Assembly (NCBI GenBank): GCA_030704615.1
Contig: CM060732.1
Location: forward strand, 1,302,001-1,366,000
Source of the DNA: Takakia lepidozioides
Taxonomy: Eukaryota > Plantae > Bryophyta
DNA length: 64,000 nt
Reading direction: 5' to 3'
Shown here: piece by piece, positions 38,239 to 52,912 of the stretch
Layout of the letters: each line of letters starts with the position of its first letter
How positions within the stretch are numbered: position 1 is the first letter of the stretch
Notes under the pieces: model-generated
Told to the model about the DNA's origin: nothing
Databases searched by the model: none
The model's input: the letters and a program-made list of their open reading frames with translations, nothing else
Position numbers and translations under genes: made by a program

Positions 38239-39019
38239 CATTCGTCATTGACATACGAAATCTTTTCAAAGCTCACTGTTTTTGTCTAGTAAAATTTACA
38301 GCCACTGTGTCATTACAGGCTCAGTCATATCCTCTTAGTACACTGAAACAAAATTCTGGACTAGTTTCACAATTCTTCCCCAACTGCTAATACTCCTGGC
38401 CCCATTTTTAAGATAGTCAACTTGAGACTGTCATTATCTGCTTGGGATCAGGACTGGTTTTAGAGAAGATTCCTAAGCTTGCCTGATAGGAAAAGGGAAT
38501 TTCTGAAGCTTAGGACTGTTACTGCATCATATTAGAGGCACAACTTCCAACATGGAGGAACTTACATCTATATGACATTACAACAAGCCTTTCTCGCAGA
38601 TAATGTAATCTATGGTGTGGGTAATACTAATAGGGAACATTTCTGACTAATTGGCTGTTGTGTGGCATGTCATCATGTTCTGTATTAGAGATGAATATGT
38701 CAACTAGTCCGTGAGATTTTAGTCTTTACCAGTGTTGGGAGGATATATGGGTGGGGTGTCGATTATCAACCCAGTTCTTGAGGATGTCCTCTTGAATCTT
38801 GTGCATGTGTTGGAGTTTTGTATTTTGTCACTGCAAAAATGTGAGCTACTGCCTCATTTTGTGCACCTATTACTGGTTCCCCCAATCCCTGGAAGACAAT
38901 ACCCAATCTGGGTGGTTGATATTGTAGGGTTATAAGGAAAGTTCCGGACTAGGGTTTACAATTGACTGGTATTGTAGGGAAGTAACTGCCTAAGGAGAAG
39001 AACAAAAACTACAGAATAT

Positions 39020-42000
39020 ATATATATATATATATAGTGAACAGGGGACTTTGCCCTGGAAGCTTTATTTATGTTTATTTTTGGTGGGGAAAAAAGTAAA
39101 ACCCCTAAAAGTACCATGAAGGTATACACACCGTAGTCAGTGAAGGGCGAATCGACCTCCCATTGGAGAATTCCACAAAAAATTAGGGCATTATGCCTAA
39201 TGTAGTGCTGAGCGAGTAGCTCACCCAGGGAGCTTCTAGCAAGCAGCAGTCTAAGAGCAGGTGTAGGTTTTGCCAGCAGAGGTAGAGGCCTAGCGAAGAA
39301 CTTGATGATGACTACTACTCTACTGCTATCGATCTGCTCTTGGAATGTCAACAGAATTTGAGTCTCGCAGCTGACTTGATGTGGCGCCAGTTAATGTCTC
39401 TGTCAAATTTGGGGGAGAGTGTGGATGGCCGTTCTGAGCCCCCTCCAGGCGACTGGTGGGCTGGCAGCCCAGTTGCATTCGCTTGGTGAAGTGGTAGTGC
39501 AGATGTGCCCTTGCCTGCCCCAGGACGATTTGAAGTCTGCATGCAGGTTGGCTGCTTGTTGAGGGTGTCTGTCCATTTCTGCACACAGTTTTACCCATGC
39601 CTTTCTAGCATCAATCTGCAAATCCCAGAATATGCGAGCTAATACAACGGATAGTGACAGAGTTTCACCAGAGAGTGACCAGGAGCAGCGTACTCTCCAT
39701 AGTTGCCATAGTGTAGAAACCCGGAGGCTTTCAAAGACTGGGCAATCAATGGATTTCGATTTGGAAGCTGTGTCATAGTTTAAAAGTAATGTGAGTGGCA
39801 TCTGTGGTTGGGTATCCCAGATGGTGTAAAAAGATTTTATGATTCTCCAGATTGATCTGGGCCCTGGCACGAGAGGAGGCAGTGTTCTAAAGATTCTAGC
39901 ACTCCTGCGGAGCAACATGAGCATAAAAGAGCGCCTTGGAATTGAAGCCATTCTCCCACCTTGAGCACTCTATTGGCAATTTGCCATAGGAATGCAGACA
40001 TTTTTGCAGATTTGGTCTTGCTCCAGATGTTGCTCCAGATAGCTGTCCAGTTTTCATTGGCAAAGCCATAGTCCTGCCATTTAACATTCCACTTGGAGTG
40101 GAGAGGGTTGAGTTTGGCTAGTGTTCTGCAGGCTTTTTTTTGCTGAGTAGTTGAAGAAGGGGACTTGGGATCGGCCACAGGACCATGTCCATTCCTTAGG
40201 GTCAAATTGTAGGTCTGTCAGTGGCCTTCCTAAAATCCAGATGAAGTTGTTTGCTGCAAGCCAGATGTGTAGAGGTAAGGTGGGATCAGGTTGAGGGTTC
40301 ATATCTTTTGTCGGGTACGACCAGCAGCATATCCTAACCGAGGTATGTGGAAAGATGGGGTAATCAATGGGTCGCTCGCTATTCAGAGACAAAGCCATAG
40401 AAACAGGGTCAATATTGAAGGGAAATCCTGTCAGGGTATGATCGGATCTTTGGAGAACGAAAAGAACAGTTAGCTTATTGTGGATGATCCCAAGAGTCCA
40501 GTAAAGGGATTGGGGATTTGAAGGACCAGTCTGGAGATTCGAGAGCCAAGTGGGGGGGATGGAAGCTGTGATTTGAGGCAATCCAGCTGTGGCCCTGTTT
40601 TGCCTACAGATAGTGCAATGATATCTGCCTCTTTAAAGCCATTGTTGCACCATATATCTTTGAGCTGACAGATCCCCTTGTGATCCCACGAAGACCATCT
40701 TCTGGCCTGACAACGTTGGGCTGTGGTGGTTTGGCTGTTGTTTAAGAAGATGTGTTGCCGGGCCATCTCTTCAAATGTTTGAGGTTCCTCTTTTTTAAGG
40801 AGAGGCCTGAGTTTGGCCCTTGCTTGCCAAATAGTTGTCCACAATGGTGAGCCTACGATCTTGTGTTTGAAGCCCTGCACTGCCCATCTGAAGGATGGAC
40901 CCCATGATGAGTTTTGGAGGGGTGATGCAGCCAGGATGTTTCCTGCCACGAGAAATTTCCAGCATCCCCCCTCTAGGCCAAAGAATCTAGGGACCCATTT
41001 TCCTAACAGAGCGGTAATTTGTATCTCTGGATCGATGACCCCCAGACCACCATCCTTTTTGGGAAGGCATATTTGTCTCCAGGAGACTTGGGGTCTTCTC
41101 CAGCCTAGCGATGATGATTTAGCTCCCCAGATAAAGTTACGGAGTAGGGTTCTAACCTGTTTGATCTGGGAGGTGTTTGGTCGCCAGGACGAGGAGAAGT
41201 ACCAAATGCCTACAAAGAGAACTTGATTGACTGCCAGTGCTCTACCCGTGACGGAGAGGTGCTTTGATCCCCAAAAGGTTAGTTTTCTTTTGAGTTTTGC
41301 CATGGTAGGCGCGAACCGTTGGTTGTCAGTAAGGTTGATGCCGAAGGTATAACCTAGGTAGGTGGTTGATTGCCCCGGTTGAAGCCAGGAAAGGCCCAAG
41401 GAGGAGCCCCAAGAAGGAGAGGCTCCAATGCATGATTTGTTGGTATCTCCGGCCAGAATCGCATACGTTTTTGCCCAATTGACTTTGAATCCAGAGGCTT
41501 GGTAGAATGTCTGAAGGGTGTTTGTAGCATTGCCCAGGTTGGCTGGATTGGCTTACAAAATGAGAAGAGTATCATCAACAAACATAGAGTCTTTGATCTC
41601 TGCTGGTGTTTGCATGTGGTAGTTGGTTATGCGTAGACCTTTGATTCCTGTATTTGCTTGAAGCATGTAGCCCAGGGAATCCGCAACGAAAAGGATCAAG
41701 AGGAAGGGAGATAGCGGGCAGCCCTGTCGGACGAGCGCTAAAGAGGGAAGGAAGGAGAGAGGTGGCCGTTGATAATTGCTCTACTGCTGGTTTTTGGAGC
41801 AGAATCTTGACCCATTGGCGGAATGAGGGAGGGATCCCAATTTTGATGAGAGCCCCCATGAGGAAGGACCATTCAACTCTGTCAAAGGCTTTTTCAAAGT
41901 CAAGGAGCAGAAGTGCAATTGCCTGGGCCGAGGTAGAAGCAAAGGGAGGGATTTCAGGATGTTGTCCATCATGTATCTCCCCTTAATGAATCCTGATTGG

Positions 42001-45000
42001 TTGGGTCTGATAAGTGATGGAAGCAGAGGCTGCAGCCTCATAGCTAAAGCCTTGGCTATGATATTGTATGCCACGTTAAGGAGGGTGATAGGGCGGTAAT
42101 TGGAGATGTCAGTGCGATCCCTCTTTTTAAAAAGAATTGTGATGACCCCTTGTGACATGGAGCTTGGCATGCTGCCATGAGCGTATATGTGGTTTGCCAT
42201 TTCCAGGAAGCCACTGGAGATGTCAGACCATAGAAGTTTGTAGAATCCCGTCTATTCCTGGAGCCTTCCCATTTTGCATTTTCTTGAGAGCGTCCTCCAG
42301 TTCCAATTCTGAGAGAGGGCCTTGCAGAGAGTCAGCTTGGGCTGTTGTTACTAGGGAAGGGGTATGGAGGAGGCATGTTTCTTGCTGGTGCGAGGGCTGC
42401 ATATTTCCCAAAGAGGTGCTGTTGAATAGGGTACTGAAGTGTCTTCCAGCTAGGGTAGCCATTAGCTTAGATGAGGTGACAGGTAACGCAGACTGAGGAT
42501 CTCTCAGTTCAGCGACGTTCTGAGCTGCTCTTCTAAGTTTTGTTTTGTCGAAGAAGTACTTCGTCATCTTCTCTCCCTTAGTTGACCAGCTAATGCCCGC
42601 TTGGAGCTTGAGTTTCCGATCCTGAGCTGATTGAAAGGTATCTAGGTTGTGTCTTGCCTCCATGTATGTCAAAAAGGTATGTTCATCACACCTTGGCGAT
42701 TCCATTCTGGCCTGACAGATGCAGAGGCATTTTGTAAGAGCCCTAATTTTTCTATTTCGGGCGGTTGCTATCTCTTTACTCATTCTACGAGGTGCCACCC
42801 CAACTGCCTTTAGCTTGGCTAGGAATCTGACTGCTGGGTTTTGACCTGGGGCTTCCGTCTGGGTCCATGCCCGAATGAGTCCTTGCTTGAAGGCAAGATT
42901 CTTAAGCAACGATGTGTTGAGCTTGAAGATACCTTTGCCTCTGGACTGAAGGAGGGGGATGTTAACGGAAGCTGAAACTAGGGCATGATCGAACCCTTGG
43001 AGAATGGGGGCTTGGGGGTGGGTGGATACCCATTGAACCAGGTTGAGGGAGGAGTAGAATCTGTCTAGCCTAGCCATCTGAAGGTCAGGGGGCTGTCTGT
43101 TGTTTGACCAGGTGAACGACGAGAGGTTTGTGATAGCGGAGGCAGATGGGGGGAGAAGGGAGTGACTGCTTCGGTAAGATTGAAATTATGAGTGAGGATA
43201 TACCAACTATCCATCTCTTGAGAGGACGGATTGAAGCTGGATGGCCCACGTAGGTCGCGCAAATTTTCCACCATGTTGAAATCGCCCATCACAACCCAAC
43301 TATCAATGTTGGGCAGGTTTGTTATATGCTCATCAAGAGCAGTCCAGAATTCAGCTCTCTCCATTGTGGAGTTAGGAGCGTAAATATTAACGAATCCTAT
43401 TGTTCCTTCCTTCCTCCTTCATGGTTTGGGAGGGAAATGGCATCAGAACTGAGCCCTTTCCTGGTATCCATGATCCTTCCGATTGCAAGTAGCGAGTGAA
43501 TAGAGGGAGAGAGGAGGAAGGCAGTTCCCCCTCTGGTGCCACCCGAGGTTGGTTTCTAGAGGGAAAGGGTTAAGGGCCATAGTGTCGGAGAGTTGAATAT
43601 TTTGGTATTGTCAAGCTTATGTTCTTGAATGGCCACTATAACATCTTGCTGTTGCAAAGGGCTGAGCCAGGATTTAAGCCTAACTCTTTGAGGAGTCTGG
43701 TTTCTGCTGGCCTAACCACCCCCTGATATTCCAAGATAAAGTTTAATAACATGGGGGGGAAGGATTGGCCGAGAAGAGTGTTCTCATTTGATAACCTTGG
43801 GGCGTGAAACAAAAAGCGGAGCCTTTTGTCGGTATGAGGCAGGGAGCTCACCCAGTGGAAGCCCGGAGGGGCAGCTCGGAGGATTTTTTTGACTTGAATG
43901 AGGATGAGGGTCGGGGCATTAAAGGGCGGGGGTTGAGGTGGATGTGGGATGAACTGACCAGATGGGGGTTTTGTGGCAGCGATGGAGAGGAGGTGAGCAT
44001 AAATACTGAGGAAGGTGGATGGGAGGGGCGATAGCATGAAGGCAGGGGCCTGGTGTAGTTGAACTGTTGTGGGTAGGGAGAGGGCTGGTGAGGTAAAGGA
44101 AATGAAGGGAGCTTCTTACGACGAGCGGGCTCTATTCTTGGTTCCTGGAAGCATAGGACCCAACATCTTTTTTCAACTTTCAAATCAGGATAGAATATAA
44201 GCAGGGGGAGGGGGTGAGGGGAACCTGAGTGTCAACTGCAGGTGCTGGTGTGAGCATGAGAGGAGGCCCGCATGGTGAATCGAGCAAGTCTTTGAAATTC
44301 ATCGCCGGGGACAACTGGGAGTCTTGCACCTGTGGTGGCCGTGGAGCGGGCGTCAAATTGTTTGGCAGTGTCGGTGCTGCTACCATTGATTGTGGGGCCT
44401 GATTGCACTCGAGGAAGATGACTAGTCCTTTGTTTCTGTTACTCCGTAGAGATGGTCCTTGGTGCGCTGCAGGTCACCTCGGTGGTTGTCTTCGTCGATT
44501 TTTGCTTCTATGATAGCATCCAGCAATGTGAATGCATTTGAGAGTGTCTCCCTGAATTCCGGTCTGAGTTTGCTAGCCCCCCTTGGCTCTGAGAGAATGC
44601 TTCTTTTAACCCAGATTGCACCCTGAGGCGGCTGGGCTATGTAGATGTCAGCCTCCTCTATAAGGGCCAGGATGTGGGCAGTTGGGTTGCAGCTGAGCCC
44701 TTGGAAGTTTTCCAAGTATGAACCCCACGACACTTTGGTGGTGCCAGCCAGGTGATAGTAGGGTAAGAAGGCCATGAAGAATTCTTGTATTTTTTTTTGA
44801 GCATGTTCTCAGGGCAGCTGTCAGGTGGACAGGTAGCGATGAAGTGCCGGACATCTTGGATGGTGATCCAAAGGGATGCAAAATCTTCCCAAGCCGCTTC
44901 CGTGATGAGAAAAGACTGGGGGGGACCTTTCCTGTAGACCAGCGAGGTGATGCATGAGGCTTTTGGGGGATCTTCAATGTTGACCTCGAAGGAGCAACGT

Positions 45001-46950
45001 AGAGAGATGTGCTGGAATGATTTGATGCTCATGCATATCCTAGCCACCGAAGGATTGCTGGCAATTCCCGGGAGCACCACTGTTTTTGAAGTGTTTGGCA
45101 GAATGTCAGTGTCGGCCAAGGGGGGTGTTGGTGATGGCAGCACATCGCCTACAGGGATCCATTTGCCTTCCCTTTCCCAATTTTCCTTTTTAACTGCAGA
45201 TTCTTGTCGCATGGGGTCAGCTCCTTCTCTGAGTTTCTTTGGTACTGGTGAGGCCGGGCTGCTAGAATTCGTGGCTTTACCTTCCTGCCGCGTGGTTTGC
45301 AGCAAGTCTGCCGGCGTTACCGAAGCTCCAACACATTTGAGGGGATGAGCTGCCTTTTGGGAGGGGGGCTGGATGTTCCTGGCCCCGCTTCTTTTCTTTT
45401 TATCTTCCTTGCAGTTAGCTTTGATATGGCCTACCTGTCCACAGTTGAAGCAGGATAGAGAAGCAGTTTCTTCCACCAGTCGGATGGTGTAATAATTGCC
45501 CTCCCTGTCAATGGGGAGTCTCACATAGGGTGGAAAAGATTCCTCGTTTGGCATCATAACAACAAATTTAGCACAGCCTGAGTCGTTTAGCCTTGAGGCA
45601 ATAGTGGTGGATTTCCATGTTGGGTCCAACTTGAGATCTTCTGAGGTAAGCAAAGGATGAAACACCCCCATGCATCCCAGATAGAAATACCCAAAGTGTC
45701 TAGCAATATCTGGGAGGTTGTAAAGGTATTGATCTGGAATAAATGGCACTGCGATGATTCTAGGCCCCCAAAGCTTACCATTTCTGTTGCCTAGTTTGGA
45801 AGACCAAGGGAAGACATTGACATTGAACCCATGGAGATGTTGGTTGAATTTCAAGGCCACATCTGCCGCCTCTTGAGTCTCAAAGAGGATTGAGAAGAAG
45901 CCCCTACCTTTTGCATGGCAGAAGTGCTGCTTTAGCCCCCCCCCTCCCCCAAGATGGCGGGAGGCCCAGTCCCTAACGTGAGCCCTGCTAACTTTCCTGC
46001 CTGGAAAGTGCAGCAAGACGCCTTTTTCCTCCATGGTAGTAACCCGACTGTCTAGACCATCCATGTCCACATCCACCAAAGACCACTCACCACTCATCGC
46101 TTCTTGCTCCTCTAATATGTCTTTGAGGTAGTCTTGCTGATCGCAGGGGATGGGAGAGTCCTCCGTCGTTGGATTGAACATTGAATCAGGAGGAGGAACG
46201 ATGGGCCGCTGCCAAGAGCTGGAAGCCGCGTGGAGAGGTGGCAACTGAGGCGTGCCAGGAAGCGAGCGATGAGGGGGGGGGGGGGATTGATTGAGCCTGA
46301 TGCGCCAGGAAGTAGCCAGTGCCCGAGGAAGGCTGAGGGCGGTTGACTTGCTGAGTTCGTGGTGACCTTTGTAGAGTTCGCTTCCAGCCATTGCCATGAT
46401 TCCTTAGCTGGGACGAGTTGAATGGAGCCATTTGATCGAGAGAGAAGGATTCGAGGGTAGTGGTGTGAGTGGGGGCAGAAGACAATGCAAGAGTGAAGAG
46501 AAACCAGCGATGGAGACAGGAGCCCGCAACGAGGTGGCAAGGTGGCGGGCTATTGGAAATGTTAATTTTATGGGGCCGACCAGATGGCAGGGTGTAGTAA
46601 AGGTTACGTTTGTGACGGCGACGGCACAGCCATGTGAGGAATAGGACGGATCAATTGCGCCGTCAACTTGTAGTGGAGTTAATGGATATGACAGGGATGA
46701 AGGATGAGGGGGAGACGCTGAGATAGCAACCCACCGTTCTCAGTCTCGATGTTAAGAACTGCGGCTTAGGTTTTCCTGAAGGAATTCATTTGAATGCCAT
46801 TCTATGGCTTGGTTTGGGTTCTTCGGGGGGATAATTCTTCGATTCTAGGGGAGAACTTCACGCTAGGCCTTGCAAGAGAGACGAAGAGACCGTTGGGGGG
46901 CTCTCTCTCTCTCACCGCAGTTTGCGGAGCTCCTACATCGCGCCCCCATC
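39020..46950 (-). mobile_element. Full-length L1 retrotransposon (ORF1 plus frameshifted ORF2)
   Basis: ORF1 zinc knuckle CFNCGQVGHIKANC. ORF2 has the endonuclease (GDFNMV, ARLDRFY), RT (KAPGIDG, NYRPITLLN, QSGFIKGR, YLG) and zf-RVT. (TA)n tail and candidate TSD CAGAATAT at 39012-39019 and 46951-46958. Confidence 0.93.
44658..46429 (-). CDS. L1 ORF1 (gag-like nucleic-acid-binding protein with CCHC knuckle), frameshifted at the N-terminus
   Basis: 579-aa ORF with a CCHC motif. The probable true start, MAPFNSS, is in another frame and is shared with the second L1 copy. Confidence 0.75.
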
Positions 46951-49900
46951 CAGAATATTCTATAATTGATCATGCAAGTACACGGATGTGAAGAATATTG
47001 TAATCCGCAGTATTAAAAATCTTATGCACTCCTACCAGCAACTGGTTTCTAGTTTCTACTGTCCTTTGTTGGAAGTATTTATAGTATGGTGTATGTATTT
47101 TAGTTTTCTTTGAAAAAAGAATAGATGTATTTTACATTGTTATTATATTCTGGCATTATTACTAGGAATTTATATAAAGGTTGGCATGCATCACATGGAA
47201 TAAATAATATTTAAACCTCATGTCTTATCATTTTTAATGTTTAGTAGGAGGAGGGCTCTGAGCTATGGCTGACCAATGAGTTGGGGTCAATGAGTGGATA
47301 GATGGGTGCCGCGCCAACGTGGTCAGCATATCTCTTAATTAAAGTATACTTGAAAAATGGAACCTTGGGGCCTCTGTAGACCACAAGCGCCCAAATAGTG
47401 ACATTTGGTATGGTTTGGGCCCACAGTCAGGGGCAGGTGTCCCTTTTCTTTAGTCTAAAGACCCTCAAAGGGTTCCCAGGGGCCACCATTTTGAGCACTT
47501 TTTATGATTTCTCAGACCTTGTAACGGCACGTAAAACATGTTGAACGGTTATGCATGCGGGATGGAACGCTCCGATTGGCAAGCTCCACTCCTCTAAAAT
47601 GTTAAAAATTATCAATGAGCTGGGTGGGTCTCAATAGGTGCTGCTCGCTTATTGGCTATTTCCAATTTGGTTGTACGACCTGACCTGTAGGGCCTCTTTA
47701 GGTACACCTACTGTTTGCCCTATGAGGTGGAAGGCCCCTTATGGGAACCCTTCAATTTGGGATGGAAGCCGCTTCACACGGATCGAAAGGGGACAATAGC
47801 CACAAGGTGAAAATCTGAACACTTCAATTTCTGGTGGAAGCCTCTTTACATTGCAAAGGGGGGCAATAGCCGCAAGGTGAAGTTCTACGTTTTTTCGTTT
47901 TGGGGGGGGGGGGGGGGGGGGGGGGGCGTCCTCTCTCTCTCTATGGGGCATAGCTTCAATCTGAAGTAGTGAAAAAGAAAGAAAAGAAAGAAAAAGTAGT
48001 GCTTAGGTGGCGATTCCAGGTGGCACGGGCCTTTTGCCCCCAAGTGCCGTAAATAAGTTGAGCAGTTCCATGAATGACGAGTTGTTAGATTTTAACTACC
48101 CAATCAAATCTCGTGGGAACATTAATGCTCATTTTGGGATGCGCTAGGATTCTGGTGGGTGCAGAGGAGATCCGGGTGACGCCGCCTCCTGTTTACCCCC
48201 ATGAGTTGTTTAATATATTGTAATACAAGTGGGCATAGGGGGATAATGATGAAAGTGTGCCCAATATCACGCCCAAGCGCTCTGACCGATTTGTTTGGGT
48301 GGGCATAGTTATGGTGCAGAGCAGACAGTTGAGGATTTTTGGGGGCAAATTATGCCCTTCTATTCCAGAGGATTATAAAGTAGAATATAATCGCTCCACC
48401 GGTGCTCCCACATTGTGGTTTTGCATAATGGCCTGTTTGACTTTGTACACACCCGTTACGGTCTGCAGCCAATTAGAGGCTGCAGAGGCCCATAATATGC
48501 CCCAAAATCCTCAACGTGCTGGAACGGGCAAGGCACTGTAGGTAAGTTAAGGCTGCCAGTGATAAATGAAGTTTGTCAACAAACAGTTTAGAGTTTGATT
48601 TAATACGTTAACCCTTAGATGTGCCCACCGAGTTTATTATGGTCTCTGGCTAACTTCCAGCCTCCCTTAGCTCGGATCTGGAAGGTTCCCACAGAAAAAT
48701 GATAGAAAACCAATCTACCAACACAGTGGCCGTTTACAAAGTAGGTAGTTTTCCATTTTCTAGAGGGCCTGCAGGAAAATACTTTGACTCCAAATGGCTT
48801 TACAAAAAACACCAGAAAAAACCAAAATGGCTGGGTTGGGGCTGCGGGCTGGCCCCTCCCTAACCCTGGTTATTAGTGATATACACTACACGGGCCGGAC
48901 ATCGAGATCTTGGCGGCTGCCTAGGCACAGGCCCGGAGCTGGTTCCCTGCGCCCCACAGCCATGGCCCGAGCCTGCCATGGCTACTGGAATTCAGCACTT
49001 TCCGTGTAGGATGCAGGTAGTGGGTCCCAGCTGGGCAGAGTGTTAATTACAGTCATTTGGGGGGGGGGTCCCTCTCTAACCACCCTCTCTGTTGAAGAGG
49101 GAACTCTGGTAGAATTTTCAGGCAGGAGAGATCGAATCTTATCCATCAAATACCAACAAAAAAACAGAAGATTGCCTTCCAAGATCCTACAAAAAGGAGC
49201 CACAAGAAAAACAATTCTGAAACTTGGAAGGTGGGTTATCTTCTGCGAAATGTGCTCCCAGTTGTCCTTCACGAAACTGTCATAATCTCACCCAATTTCT
49301 ACAGTGGAAAACTCTGAAAGTTTCTGAGGTGGTAGCAAACGAAGGTAGAGACTAGAGATGGTCTTCAGGGATCTGAAATTTGGGCATGTTAAGAGCCTTT
49401 CTGTGGCTGGAGGTTAATGGCCTATCCAACTAACACCACATTCACACTTAACCTACCTCATCATGGAGTCCACTTGTCCGTAAAATTTCAGAACTGTTTG
49501 GCACATTCTTGGTCCTTTGTAGTGATCTACAAGGGGGGTGAGTCAAGATATTTTGGGCACCTAGTCACCAGGGTGTTTTTCAAAAACGGTGTGGTGACAA
49601 GGTTTTCTTTCCAGTTGGGAGCTTTGTTCTAAATTTTGCATGCATGGGACCCTTTGAGATTGGGGCTGCCCTTCTCAACCTCTAATGTGACAGCAGCCCT
49701 CTGTTTGTGGGGGGGTCTCATCCACCAATGACCTCTCCCAACAAAGGGTGGTCCCATCAAGGGCCACCGGGCCCATACCCAACCCCATACCAGCCCTGGC
49801 ATGTTTTAATTGTAAGGGCGGGACCCGCTGTTGCCCTGCCTCTTAAGTTCGTTGGGGAACCCGCCAGAAAAGGCAACCCACATCCGGGCAGCAGGCACAG

Positions 49901-50235
49901 AATCTCTCACTATATTTCATGATTTTGGGAAATTGAGCAGCCATAACTTTGTGTTGGGGCCTCAGACCCGGATTCAGGAAAGTTGTTCCAAAAAAGGGAT
50001 GCGGCCCCTAGGTAGTAGTGCAGTAGGGTTAATTAGTGTACAACACTAGCAAAAACAGATGAATAATATGGAAAACAATATACATAGTGAAAAACTCTTA
50101 TCAAAGCAGCATATAGTATAGTATCTCTTCAGCGTGATTTCTTAATTTTAAAACAACTTTGCATGGGAACCACTACTCACAAATTAGGCTGCTTATACCG
50201 AGAGGAAAATTCAACTTTTTTCATGATAACCCTTT

Positions 50236-52912
50236 TATTTATTTATTTATAATGAACAAAGGACAGAGGCCCTGGGAGAGTTTTATTAAGTTTATTTGGG
50301 GAAAACAAATTAAAACCCCGTGGGTACACCATGAGGCACACACCGCGTAGTTAATGAAGGACGAACAAGACTCCTCCAAGGAGCAAAGACAAACTAGGGC
50401 TAGAGAGCCCCTATTCAAAGCAAACCCCAAAGGGGATTGTGGAAAAACTAGGTGCTAGATCGAGAAGTCTGATAGCATAGAAGCAGTTGCATGCTTGATA
50501 CTTGAGGGGATCGATAAAATGATTGTACTAAATGCGATTGCACAGCGAAACTGGAGTCTAGCAGCAGACTTGATATGACGCCAATTGATGTCTCTACCAA
50601 ATTCTGGTGACACCATGGAGGGCCGCGTCAAGATTTCTCCAGCCGACTGGTTGGGAGTGTTGTCCAGATGCAGTCTGTTGGCGATGAACTAGTGCACAAG
50701 TGGCCATTTCTGGCCCAAGTGGATGTGAAGGCTGCGTGGATGGTTGTTGCGTGCTGGGGGGTCCTTTCAATATCTGTACAAAGTTTTGACCAGGCTTTCC
50801 TTGCTTCAATCTGCAAGTCCCAGAAAACACGAGACAACAAAGTAGAGGTGGAGCAAGTATTAACTGAGAGGGTCCAGACACATCTAGCCTTCCAAATATG
50901 CCAGAGCGTTGAGCTTCTAAGACACTAAAAAACTGGGCAGATAAATGCTTTATTTTTTGTGTTGATGTCCTAGTTAAGAAGCAAGCTTATAATAGATAAG
51001 GTTTGGCCATTCCAGTCTCTATAGAAGGCTTGACAATGGGCCAGATTTTGGCTAGGGCATGACAGAAGAGAAGGCAATGTTCCAAAGTTTCCCATAAACC
51101 TGAGGAGCAACAGGAGCAGGGCATAGCGTCCCGGAACTGGAGCTATTCTCCCACCTTGAGGGCTCTATTTGCAATTTGCCAAAGAAATGCAGAGATTTTT
51201 GTTGGTCTGGTTTTAGTCCAGATCGAGCTCCAAATAGCTTTCCAGTTTTTATCTTGAAATCCATAGGACTGCCAGTTTTTATTCCATTTGGCTGTGAGGG
51301 GTAGGGGAGTGGCAAGGGCCCTGTAAGCATTTTTGGTAGTAGAGGAAGAAAGGCTGTGGGGATCGAGAGAAGGACCAAGCCCATTCCTTAGGGTCAAACT
51401 GGAGCTCTGCCAAGGGTCTGCCAAAGATCCAAACAAAGGTGTTCCTCGCTAGCCAGATATTGATAGGGATTGTGAGGTTTGGGAGTGGGTTCATGTCATT
51501 TGTAGCAGAGGACCAATAGCAGAGTCTGACATGAGTGTGAAGGGAAGCGCAAAGAGTGTTTACATTGCATCGTGAGGGACATGGTGACTGGGTGAATGAG
51601 GAATGGAAATCCCTCAATGGTGTCGTTGGACCTATTCAAGATAAAGAACACCGTCAATGTGTTGGTCACAATACTAGAGACCAGAAGTTAGAGAGGGGTA
51701 GCTGAGGACCAGATTGCAGATTGAGGAGCCAGTAGGGTGGAATGGAGGATTTAACAGCTGGGAAGCCTCTAGAGGCCCTGGCCATGCCTACCCTGCGAGC
51801 AACAGACTGGAGATCAATGAAGTCCTGGTTGGACCAGATATCTTTTATCTGGCCTAGGCCCATCCCAAAATGACCAGCGTTTGGCCTGGGAGCGGTCAAC
51901 AAAAGAAGGAGGGTTGTAATTGAGGAAAATGTGTTGTCTTAGCGTTTCCTCGAATGAATGAGGCTCCGTTTTCCTGAGGAAAGGCCTAAGTCTTCCCCAT
52001 GCCTGCCAAATGGTGGACTAGAGGGAAGAGCCAACAATTTTATGCTTAAGCCCTTGCACCACCCATCGCAGAGAAGGGGCCCAGGGGAAGAGCTTGAGGG
52101 GTGAGGCAGTTTCAATACTCCCAACTATAAGGAAACCCCCTTCAGGGCCAAAGAATCTTGGAACCCATTTGCCCAGGAGAACCGTGATTTGAGAGTCTGG
52201 GTCAATGAAGCCCGGTTGGAATGAGGGGATCGACTAAGCCTTGTGAGCCAAGAAGAACCCAGTTCCAGAAGATGGTTGGGAGCGGATGGACTTGGAATTC
52301 GGGATGGACTAGAGAGGGAGCTTTTCCACGATTTGCTTGGGTGCCTGAGCCAAGACGAATTGAATGGAGCCATGCTAGGATACTGATTTTAGTGAGCTAG
52401 TGAGCGAGAGGCAGCAAACGCGAGTGGAGAGAAGCAAGCTAGGCAAGTATAAAGTGAGCGCTTCGAATGGAAGAGGAAGAGTGACGGGATGCTGGAAGGT
52501 GGCGGCTGAGAGGGCCGACCAAGTGGCAGGAGTGAAATTATAGGACTTGATGTTGACGGCAACAACAGAGCCGTGGGAAGCCTGCTACTAATAAATTGCG
52601 TCGCATACTTGTCGGGTTGTTAAGATGGAGCTAGGATGAAGGGATGATGATAAGGAAGTAAGATGTGAAAGTTATGGCTTTGAATCAAATTTTGTGAAGT
52701 ACATAATGCAGAAAAAAGATAGATTCGTGGGATAGAAAGGAGAAAGGACCATAAGGAGAAAGGACCATGAGGGGAAATGAAGCTGAACAAACCCAGCAAG
52801 CGGGGAAAGAACCGGGGTTGTTGATCGATCCTTGAGGCGAGAGAGATGAAGAGACAAGTTGGGAGTCTGTCTCTCTCACCGCAAACCACATAGCTCCTAC
52901 ATCGCAATTCCA
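50236..52912 (-). mobile_element. Internally deleted L1 with both ends and a 10-bp TSD
   Basis: 5' UTR similar to the 46950 copy (GCGATGTAGGAGCT..TGCGGTGAGAGAGA). The ORF1 start MAPFNSS joins near 52210 to post-RT ORF2 (GFIDPDSQITVLLGKWVPRFFG). (TAAA)n tail and TSD ATAACCCTTT at 50226-50235 and 52913-52922. Confidence 0.88.

Noticed and set aside
48871-50020. CACTA element between CACTAC (48884) and GTAGTG (~50020)
   Set aside because: No matching TSD or extended TIR was found.
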